Of a DNA stretch of 64,000 nucleotides, positions 50,401-60,653 are shown one piece after another. A model generated the notes under the pieces. The model made no database searches and had not been told where the DNA came from. It saw nothing but the letters and a program-made list of their open reading frames with translations. Position 1 is the stretch's first letter, and each line of letters opens with the position of its first letter. Source of the DNA: Phoronis australis (taxonomy: Eukaryota; Animalia; Phoronida). Position numbers and translations under genes: made by a program. The stretch covers positions 248,001 to 312,000 of the forward strand of contig NMRA01000433.1 of assembly GCA_002633005.1 (NCBI GenBank). The letters run 5' to 3'.

Positions 50401-53400
50401 CTGGGGGGCTATCAAAATAGGATTTTAATGATTTTCAGGAAAAAATAAAAATTGTCTATTAAAAGCCGAAATGATATTTTAGAAAACGAAACAGCAGTTT
50501 TGAGATCTCACCTTTTTGAGATCTCACCTTGAAGAAATTTGATCATGTTAGCGTTATTTTGCTAACAATGTACTTTTCTTAATAAAAAGTCCAAATTCCA
50601 TCGCTTTTCCTTTTTCATTTGAAAGTATACCTTTCAATAAGTTGAAATCTACCAAGTTTTAGATATTTGACTAAACACAGAGAGTTGTTAATTACGTCCT
50701 ACACAACCAGAATGACTTCATTCTCGTCTAACTTTGAAATGCCGATATTGTTACGATATCTTTCGCTAGGTGGCGTCAATTACTGGAATGTTAAAAGGTT
50801 AAGGTCATATAAAGCGTTTATTAAGCACTGTCTTCGACTAGAGATGAAGTGCTCGAAGTAGCTTTAAATGAAATGGAATGTGCGGCGGTAAAGGCCAACC
50901 ACATTCTGCGTAGCACGCAAAATACACCACAACAACATTGTATTTGAAAGTAGCCCTCGACGTGAAGCATTAATGTAGGACTGAATTGAATGGCAATCTG
51001 AAGAGGGCTCCTGACACTACTTTGACTGTGAAGCGAACTTTCACCTTCAGGGAGTATACGTTGTATACACTTCTTATCACTGGCTGTGTTTCCGTTCTCA
51101 AATAGAGCAGAAAGTGAAATTACTCATCTTAATTGTTCAGGCAACTCTTATCCAAACGCTGTCAGATTAATTGTACTATAGAGTAACTGAGCAGGAAGCA
51201 GGGACTTGAGGTTTTCTGATGTCCAGAGTTGCATGCCTGCAAACTCCGGACGGTCCATCACGGTCGACAATACAGCATTATGTTAAAATGGGCAACAACT
51301 GTGGTAGCGCATCAAAAATTACGGATGTTTCACACCACCGGGCCTGCGTAGTGCCGCCTACCGAGTACGCCAAGCTTACGCTGCCGGTCTACGCTGTCTT
51401 TGCCAATGACAATTCGACGAGGTACACAAACGGGTACACGTTAAGGTTATTTAGTTTGTGCATTCAACTAAAACTATATGATGTAAGTATGCCTTTTCTG
51501 AATTTTGACATTATGCTCTCTGGCAGTATTTTGGTGGCGTGACCACGCACTTTTGGACTGAATTATAACATGACTGAGTAAAAAAGAAAGGTAGTCATAG
51601 CCAAAGGGTAGCAATAAACGTTATAAACTTACGATTGATATAAATTTAAATTTTCATGATGGAATCTCAACAACGGTCTCTTAATATTCTTTGATAAGCT
51701 TCGATTTCCGTTATTAACAAGAAAATCGAAATCATAAGCAAAAGCTTAATAGCTTTTTGGAATTGCCACAGTGGCGGATCCCACCGGGGGCAACATTTTG
51801 ACACGTAAACAATCTCATATATCCACGTAGACCAGCGTACGGGCACAGCATAGGGCAGTTTACGCTCGGCAAATACTGGGTACGCCGCACGGTACATGAG
51901 TGTACGAAAGTCTGGTGTGAATTACGCACCCCCTAGTATGAGCCACAATCCGTACGGCGCTTAGCGGAACGAACCACATACACTAGGATACGTATCGTAT
52001 CGTTTTTCCTCACTTTCACGCGCACAGCATCATTTAGAACAAAGCAAATTTTACAATCATAGACCAGCATTGTTCTCACTAATAATCCTCGCCTATGTTA
52101 TTTATTTTTGGTTAGGTATCTGACGCTATCTTTTGGCCAGGAGTGCACATTAATACTTACTTGTATTTCTAAATTCTGTCACTGTGATGCAGTCTCCTTG
52201 GGAATGTCGAGCGTAATGACACTTTGGTGTCGTCTGCTGGAAACAGGTGTCCATGCACTGTTCATATGTCTTGTACTTAACAACATTAGCGGTATAACTA
52301 AGCAGCGCTGCAAACAGAATTTGTTTTTTGAGAATAGGGAAAGGACCAATCGCACGCTAACTGAGAGGCCGATGTTCAAGAACGCTAGGTGAATTCCGAA
52401 CTAAAATTACAGAAAGGTAAGAGGAGGGGCGGATCTAGGATTTTGAGTTAGGGGGTCAGCACACAGCATTAGCCAGGATTTTGTCCGTCAGACATTCGTA
52501 CCCTAGAGCTGCCAAATGGAATATGGGAGAATTTTAAGGGGAGGGCATGCCCCCCGGTCCTCAGCCCCCTCTAAATCCGCCACTGAGAAGTTAAATCGTA
52601 TATACCGGCAAGGTTAAATTTAGGCAAACTAAACTTGCATACAGCTGTACATTACCGGAACTTCCGCGTCATGAGCCGCACAAATCTCGCGTTAGGTTAG
52701 TCTTGCAGACAAACCCGACACCCACAATAGTCTAATGGCACAGATTGCATTTAACTAAGGAATTATCGTTAAGATCTTCCTTTTTCCTAACTGTAACCCT
52801 TTAGCGTCCAACATCTTACGTATTTCGCAGTTTTTCCCATCCCAAGACGAGGTGCAGTCACACGTGTAATCGTCGATATAATCTCTACAAGATCCGCCAT
52901 GTAGACAAGGGGATGATAAACAGGAGTCGGCTGGAAAGTAAAAGAATCACATTGTCACAGGGGTTCGTTCCGTAGACGCAAGACTCCGGCGAACGAATCT
53001 AGAGTAATCACGCACTTCACTTGTACTGAATAAAGACTTTCGTGATCTAGCTTTACTTTCAAGAAACTATTTATGCGGAACGCGGATATGGTTAGCCTTA
53101 GAACGTGGATAAAATTTCACCTGGCTACTCGACGGCTTTTTTATTTTCCGAAGTAGCAGCTGGCCTATTGGCTAGAATGCAACGGATGTGCTGCCGAAAA
53201 TTGAGACTACAAGTCGATCAAGCTATTTAAATGTATTTGCAATTTCTATTGGATGAGAATTAACTGACGTACCGAGGCTCGCATAGACACTGAATTGAGC
53301 AGAGTCCCCACATTTTCGGCTCGGGTCGTCGACACATGTCGAATTACATCCATTGTATTGTGTGTTGGAGGAGTGCGCGTGGTACTCGTCCGGTATTGTG

Positions 53401-56400
53401 AAGATCCCCGTCTGGACACTGGTCAAGTCACTGGTGCACCAACATTCCTAAAGGATGCCCAACGTGTAGCAGGGTTTACGTGCAGGAAAACATTATGCAA
53501 GATCTCTTAAAGTCCTTGTCTCACGCGTTGTTAATCCTTATTACATGGTTAGAAGATGTTATAAGGATCCAAGAAGTACCTACCCCATAACTAATACACG
53601 ATCCGTACTCGAAAACAGTTTAAATGAACGCGCCACTCACGATTTGCACCCGAAGAAACACAGCCATTTTGAACTTGCCGCGAACCCGGAAGTACAATTC
53701 ATTCAGGAACCCAGGCCGAGAAAACGCCGTCAGTGCGACTGGAGCAGAGCCGGTACTGTTACCAGCCAGCAAACGGGGATGAAAAAATCGACAGCGCGCC
53801 TTAATTTTGATAAAATCAAACTACGGACAATTTTATGGAATTTGCTGAAGAAATGTGGCGAATAAATTTTGACAGAAATTATTTTGCTAGACTCGGGACC
53901 GCAGCCTATCGGACCCGGTGCGGATCGAGACCAGACACTGGCGAACGGTAAATGCATGCGGTTGCAAGCTGTTTTGTCGAAGTAAAATGGTCAAATGATA
54001 AATGCTGCATATATTCAAGGGTAGTTTCAGACACTTGCATGAAATTACGGGCTGGTTAGTCCTGTGTCACACTGCCGCGGCAGACCTTAGTTAGCCTCAG
54101 TCACCAGCTACCAGTGAAGACTATAGTCAAAATACAGCTTGTTAGTAGGCCTATACAGCTTTGCGCCAAGACTACCCTTAGGCCTAACTGGTCGCTGGCC
54201 ACAAACACAAAAAACACGAAAATTGAACAAAGTTTCTTTTTTGTAGCAACGTTTGTCAAAATGTATCAACGTTAAATCTTCACAAATTACAAAGTAGCCG
54301 ATTGAACATGCCTTTCAGTTCAGCAAAAGTCGACATTGTAGGTGCCGCCAGAAATGAGACGAAGTCCAACGGGAATTGTGAGCACATTTATCACTTAATG
54401 AGTAACAACTGCGAGGCTGAAATTTGGTGAACACTGCTAAATCGTGCAGAATAGTAAGTAAAGATATGTCTAACTAAATTTCACCGTAATTTGTTGGCGA
54501 AAACAATTTACACAAAGTTTTAAACTCGTAACTCATCCCGCTGTCCTCCAATATGGCCGACGCGATCCAAACAAAGTGACCCAAATTTCGCCACAAAACT
54601 TGCAATAACTTTACAGTGCTTGCCCCGATTTTGATACTTTTTCGATTTTTACTGAGTAGAATGTACTACCTTTCCGATGATAGCAAAGTACTTTTTCAAA
54701 ACGAGGAAAAAAGTAAAACCGAAAAAAATTGGTTCGACCCATATTGGTTCCTAGGTTCGACCGGCCTACGTAAGGAACTAAACACCAATGCTATTTTAAC
54801 ATACTAAGTACGCGTAACATTCCAAAAAAATCAACGACCACTAACTACAAACTATAAGTACACTACATATGCAAACGAATCACGATATATTACTAATAAA
54901 ACAAAATAATGAAGACTTTTCGAGCAAGCCATAGCACATTCAGTTACAAGGAAAAAATGGCGGCGTTCAGGACAAGTTCCTGAACTGACGAGCCGGAAAT
55001 GTGGGTACGGAAATAACCGATGACAACCGGTAATCATACGCTCAGAGAGAAGGGTCAAATACTGTTACAAAATCGCTTTTGGCAAGAAAGGCGAAAAGAA
55101 TACAAAGAAAGGGTGTCGAAAATAAGAATTTATGTAGTAAGTATTTTCGGATACTGGAACCACATGGGCAGTTTGCAACAAGGACTTTAACGTGCCATGT
55201 TCGTATACACGTGTTAAGGAATGATATCATTCATTTATCCACCTTGTGAAGCTTGCAAGAGAGTCTCAATCAGGCTTGGTCATACAGTCTTTGGTAAGAA
55301 GAGCGGACCGGGCGGCGGCACGCAATCTATTTTTTAAACTCGGAACCAGAAACCAACTTGAAATTATTTTTATAATTTCAGTTCTGTTTTAGAACGAATT
55401 TAAAATTAGTGTGTGCGAGTATATTATGGTTTACATGCATGGATGTTTTATCATAGTTTGCACTTGGTGACCTCTGTCTCAAATGTATAGTCTCAAGTTT
55501 TTACTCCAGTTTATTTTGTAGCTAGATTCAAAAGGTCATCGAGTGCTATTTGATCTTGGTAAAGTAGCACATCTGAATAAATCATAATATACTAGAGCGC
55601 AAAGTTGTACACAATTAGAGTGCCTTGAGTGTGCAATAAAATAGAGCAAAATTAAGTCCGAAATTGATTTCGCGTGCAAATGTTAGACACCGTACTCCTA
55701 TCACGATGATACAAGGGATCGTTCAGACGACAAGAACATGGTACAACCAAAACACCAGAGCAAAATCATGCAGAAAACACAGACGAACATGTTGTAGCAG
55801 ACAACCAGAAGTCTTCTTTTGTAAATCAAATTTTTTGCCACATTTTGGACCCATTTTTTGTGGAATTTGCACCTTACAACCAAAATGCATGTTTGATAAA
55901 ACAAATTTCTTCTGTCTTAGGATGTTTCATCATCCTCATCATTTAATGTTGCTGACACTGGGACTGTCTCAAATGTTCACATGTGAAAATCTACCGGTAA
56001 TCCTCAGATTTTGGAATGCTATTCAGAGCACTAAAAGACCAGTGGTATCCTTGGACCAAGATATGACCATAAATAAATCCTGAAATTATGCCTGGTTATT
56101 TTATACTCACGTTTCCTTTCATCAGTCCCGCATACTTGTATCCCGTCACCCAGCACTTTTGGGTGCATGTCTTAGGAGTTACTCCACCGATAGGTGTCAC
56201 TTGGGTGTCGAAGGGAGGGTTGTCATTTTGAAAACAGCCAATGTAATCCAGTCCGTGAACTAGTTTTTTGGCGTCAACTGGCAATAAAAAACAATTATTT
56301 TTGTAAATGTTTTACAAGGAGACATTCACCCTATGTGAGATAACTAAAATTGATCTCGTCATCCTCGTCATTTGTTTCCACAAAATATGAACACAACTGC

Positions 56401-59400
56401 TATTAAAAAAGACATTCTTTGTTTTAAGCCTCTAACTTCTTACTCTGGGGTTAGAAAAAATATCAGTTCCTTATAGCAGTGAAGTGCATCCTACGTAGGC
56501 AAAACTAACTATCTGTTTTGAGTCTTGGAACTTTCCGTGGGCCAATTTTTTGCGAGAAAATGAGAACACATCAAATTACGCAAAATCACGTTAGTAAAAG
56601 ACAATTTTTGCGAGTTTGCTCGACCCGTTACAAGCGTAACTTAGCGTCATGACAACCACTGAATTAATTGTCCAGTGAGGTTTAAATGTCGTATTATGGA
56701 ATAGAATTAAAAAATATGTTTGTCCTAATCGACAATTTTTTCTCTTATATCTCGATAGAGTTCAGTAGCTGTCTCGCGACTAGAAAATCTAGCCAAAATC
56801 ACATGTTCTCATTTGAAATACCAGAGACCGTAGAGAGGGAGACAAATCCCCTAGCGAAATCCCATTGGACGGCCACTGGCGGCCATTGTTGTTTCATGGA
56901 CCGTAGAAACGTCTAGCGGGCGTGTGTGAAATAAACAAATATGGCAAGACACGAGGGCACAGTTGGTAAAAAGCAATTGTGCTTTTTGCAATGCCTGCAG
57001 CTGTAGAAACAGTTCATGAAAAATTCGTGACTTATGTTTTATTTGCTTCCCCACTGGTTAAGATTGAAACAAAGAATGTTTTTGTGCGAAACTTACCAAT
57101 CAACCAGTGATGGACAGGGTGATTTGAACTTAATGTCTTTACTGTTCCTTGCATTTGATCGCTTATATAGAAAATTATCGTAAATTGTTTGCATAATTTT
57201 GGGAACAACTAATTAGTTTATTCTATGCCCATTAATTAGTTTCTTTCATTTCTTTCTTCAGTCTTAATACATTCAGATCTAAAAGATAATAATACTTATT
57301 ATTAATACTTTTTGACTAATTTTATTATTGTTAAATTATCATATATTTGTTTTCATCTATTCTTTATTCACTATTATTTATTTATTTATTCATTTATTCA
57401 TTGTTTTTGGTTATTCGCTGTTACAAATTATTTCTTGTGATCCCATACAGTCAACATTCTGACTGTCGTTGATCATTAATCAATATTATATGATCCTGGT
57501 ATGCACTTCCGTGTATTATAAATATTAATTGTATGATTGTGTAACCTGCTTGATAATTTTGCATAGGAAGTGTCAAAGAAAGTGTTCTTTTAAAAGCATA
57601 TGATATGAAGCCTTACATCGGGGGGTACTTCGGTAGTATGTGTATTACCTTGGAAACCCCGTTACACTCAGTGATGACGTCATTTGTTTAGATTTTTGTT
57701 TCCACATGGGTCTTAAAATATGAAGTCAGGAAATAAGGCGTCCTTATATTATTTACTTTAAGGTTGGTCACGATTACCTGCCGATGCAGGTTGAATACGC
57801 TTTAACTAACTGCTGATAGTTGATTTTAAAAAGTGTGAATGGTTTACATGTAAGAGAGCTGGAAAGCATCGTAAAAACTACCCTAAATTGACTGTGTTAA
57901 GTAGGCATCTTGGCTGTTTTATGTAGGCACACAAGGCAGGTTTATTGGAATCCAGACAGGAACTCCATCTCTTGCTGGTTTTCAACCCCCTATTTCTCTT
58001 GAATCCAGTTTCATTCACAACAAACCACCCCAATTCGCTGCCCATTTCAGATACCATCAGGTACGGATGCTGGGGGTCCAGTGAATTAGTCCCAAATAGT
58101 GACTCCACTCTGTTCCCCAAAACTACTGCGTATTTGTTGGCTTTCTACGTTGAATTGTCAATATTATTGAAAATAAGTAGGGAAGTTTTCATGCAACATC
58201 CCTAATTTAAGGACTAAGACCCTGAATGTTTTGACTGATTTAAGGGCTCGGGTTTATTTACAGTATTAGAAAACGTCATAAGTCAAAAGGGGAGCTTCTA
58301 ATAAAGATGAAATGAAAGAAAAATATAAAAACTGTGAGTAAAGAACGAAAAAATACGCAAAGAGGTTTAGACAACACAGCACTGTTGAGCACAGGCGGAT
58401 CCTTTGTCAGAGGGGTTTGGACCCCCATTTTCCCTCGATTTTAGTGATTTCAAAGCTAGAATTTTCAAATTGGTGACTTGGGCCTCCCTTTTTAAAAAAT
58501 CTTTGAACGGACCCCCCACTTTAAAAAAATCCAGATCTGCTCCTATTGATTCGATATTTTGGACTGTTTCATGTAACTGGGCACAGGCCCCTCTGCTTGA
58601 ATGTAGAATGTTGTAAGGTGTGGATTTTCGAAACAAAGAGCTGGACCCGTGTTTGGATGGGGTGAGAGCGCAGTTTTTGGACATTGGCGTAGGAAATATT
58701 TGAGGGTTGGGGGATGAGAGTCTGTATATTTTCAAACAAAGTTTGTGTACTGAAAGTTTTAATAATCAAGTGTTAATTGATTGATATTAACACCTGGAAT
58801 ATTGGGAAAGAAAGCAATCTCAGCCCACAACCTTTTGGTTGAGGGTCGCCCCCCGTTTTTGCTCCTACCAGCCGATCTGTCTTATGTTTACCACTAACCT
58901 GACCCCCCGGACAAAATTCTACCGTTTTTGTACCTGCTCACCCTCCACCTATTTTCACCTGTTTACTTCTGATTACTGAGTCACACTTTTGCTTATGATT
59001 TATTTCTCGTTTACCTTTACTGCCCAATTTTTGATACACTCAATATTTTGCATATGTGTATATTCCATTGCATTGCTCATGTTTTTTTTGTTTTCAATAT
59101 TTTAAACAAAGACACTTCACAATTTTGAATTTGACAAACTAAAATTAGCCGTAGTCAACGCCTCGCGTACCGATACTTTGTGGATGCACACACCCGCTAG
59201 GTGACGCCATGGTCCATGACACAATAAATGCGACAGCCTCTATAGTGAATAGTCTTGTTTACGTCATTGAAAATACTATGACAATGTCTCCTGTAATCGC
59301 GCGAAGTTTTGCATTGTAGCGAGGTCCTAGCCATTAAACTCTAGTCGTGGAGTAATTGAACCCTACCGCGGTGTCTACGGAATGCAGAGCAGGTCACGAG

Positions 59401-60653
59401 CAATAATTATTATGAGTTTCATCAACACAATTAATCAATTTTAACCTGAATTAAAAAAGCTGTGGCAAGTTTTATAACGATAGGCGTTTTAAATCAAAGG
59501 CAGCTTTAAGGTAACTACTTTCGTTGATAATTTTTGCCTGACATTTTCTGATATATTACGTTTTAAACTATGAAAGAAAGCCCATGTTTTTAAAATGCTC
59601 AGCGAGCCCAGAAAGGTGTTATGTTCACGTAAACGATGCACGAACGTTTGTACTTAAATGACTATGTTTTCATTGTGAATTTTACGCAGGTTGAAAAAAC
59701 TTCCAAAGAAAATAATTCGTATGAAACTTGTAAATTCTCTTTGTACATTCTATTAGATGTAAAGGAGTCTCGGGTCTTTGAATATCTGTGGCCAAATTGG
59801 TGAAAGTTACGAACGTAAATTGCGTGCGTAAGTTAATTCTTGTTAGAGGCGTAAAATAATCATTTGCCTCGTAGAGTAACTTTTAACGCTACAAATACTT
59901 ACTTTACACCGTAAAGCAATAATTGTTTTTGTAAAGTAGTTATTACATTACGGCGTAAAGTAACTGTTTGCGGGGTAACTTTAACGCCGCAAATAATTAC
60001 TTTACGCTGTAACACATTTTGGTGGAAAGTAATTATTTGTGGCGTTAAAACTTAGTTTATACCGCAAATAATATTTTTACGCCTCAAAAAGTTATTGTAA
60101 CGACGTTAACTTTATTTTCCGATTCACTGATTTTCTCACGTCGGCGTAAGTAAACGTTTTTTTTTTATAGATTTTGAGTATCTTAAGTTTAAGCGTTTTG
60201 GCTTCAACATAAACGTTACATTTAATGATTTTATTTATGATTTGATCTTGATGGCGTTTGAATTAAGTTGCAGCTGATGTCTACACTTGGGTTGACTTAT
60301 TGTTTAGTGTGACGTTGCTGTGGAAGTTGTTGTAGCGTACTTTTATTAATTTTAAAATTAAATAATCTGTTATTTGAAATAAGTATCACATTCAAATGTG
60401 TTAATAAGTTATTCAATTTCTTAAAACAGCGAAATATTTACGGCCTTTGTCAAACTGTGTCGAGAACCCTTCAACTTAAAATGCACGTTTTATCGCCCGA
60501 ATGGAAATTAATAAGATTAAAAAAAATCGGTTCAAAATTAAAGAATAAAATAAAAACTATTCGTTGTCTAATAGTGAATTGGTTGCACTAACCTGCATGG
60601 TGAAGACACCCTGCCAAGGTACAAGTAACGATGAACAGCGTGGGCAAAGCCAT
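47301..60653 (-). CDS. Gene A: secreted 382-aa WSC-EGF-PAN-like-F5/8C (discoidin) protein, 8 coding exons
   Basis: Exon lengths 61+167+175+111+147+239+90+159 = 1149 nt, in frame from ATG to TAA with GT-AG boundaries; exon-for-exon match with paralogue B. Confidence 0.88.
47939..48523. mobile_element. About 585-bp non-autonomous DNA transposon with TIRs and probable target-site duplication, in gene A intron 7
   Basis: 14-bp perfect inverted repeat GCTGGTTCCCTGCG (47941) / CGCAGGGAACCAGC (ends 48521); flanks AAAGTGC and AAAGTGT. Confidence 0.75.
49401..49490 (-). CDS. Gene A exon 7: discoidin domain, part 2
   Basis: GRFDNNERIFTYKIQFSLDGSNWMWYNNEQ; acceptor TTTTAG|, donor CAG|GTATGC. Confidence 0.92.
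49758..49996 (-). CDS. Gene A exon 6: F5/8 type C (discoidin) domain, part 1
   Basis: (S)TDLNQCWAPQPLGMEDGRIPDSKMTASTQSELHESYRARLYSDWLDGADGWRSNSGSSNAEWFQVELPSIHRVTGVATQ; acceptor TTCCCAAAG| (an in-frame alternative AG lies 6 nt downstream); donor |GTATGT. Confidence 0.92.
52161..52307 (-). CDS. Gene A exon 5: short 4-Cys PAN/apple-like module
   Basis: (P)LLSYTANVVKYKTYEQCMDTCFQQTTPKCHYARHSQGDCITVTEFRNT; 147-nt phase 1-1 exon, same length as the paralogous exon in B; acceptor TTTGCAG|, donor A|GTAAGT. The domain name is tentative. Confidence 0.82.
52424..52585. mobile_element. About 160-bp MITE, family copy 3 (opposite orientation to 31612 and 36426)
   Basis: AGGGGCGGATCTAGG...CGTCAGACATTCGTACCC...CTGCCAAATGGAA...TCTAAATCCGCCACTG. 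Confidence 0.75.
52820..52930 (-). CDS. Gene A exon 4: EGF-like domain; absent from the ORF track
   Basis: (A)DSCLSSPCLHGGSCRDYIDDYTCDCTSSWDGKNCEI; 6-Cys EGF spacing; 111-nt phase 1-1 exon; acceptor TTTCCAG|, donor C|GTAAGA. Confidence 0.93.
53273..53447 (-). CDS. Gene A exon 3: WSC domain, C-terminal half
   Basis: ECWCTSDLTSVQTGIFTIPDEYHAHSSNTQYNGCNSTCVDDPSRKCGDSAQFSVYASL; WSC hallmarks ECWC, C-x3-C, CG...SVY; acceptor TTTAG|, donor G|GTACGT. Confidence 0.92.
56111..56277 (-). CDS. Gene A exon 2: WSC domain, N-terminal half
   Basis: (V)DAKKLVHGLDYIGCFQNDNPPFDTQVTPIGGVTPKTCTQKCWVTGYKYAGLMKGN; WSC hallmarks YIGCF, C-x3-C, GYKYAGL; acceptor TGCCAG|, donor |GTGAGT. Confidence 0.92.
59820..60110. 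repeat. Degenerate array of roughly 23-25-bp units (TTAACGCCGCAAATAATTACTTT-like) in both orientations
   Basis: Recurrent ACGCxxCAAATAATTACTTT and AAAGTAATTATTTGTGGCGTTAA motifs; probably a transposon subterminal array. Confidence 0.6.
60593..60653 (-). CDS. Gene A exon 1: signal peptide
   Basis: MALPTLFIVTCTLAGCLHHA followed by phase-1 donor G|GTTAGT; splicing to 56277 gives ...HAVDA-KK, a plausible cleavage site. Confidence 0.75.

Noticed and set aside
51219-51542. 107-aa plus-strand ORF in gene A intron 5
   Set aside because: No recognisable domain, no supporting neighbouring exons, and no paralogous sequence in gene B.
35183-60653. A single long gene with an internally duplicated domain cassette
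   Set aside because: Each unit ends in its own in-frame TAA shortly after LRMEIYGC, has a downstream AATAAA, and has its own candidate signal-peptide exon.
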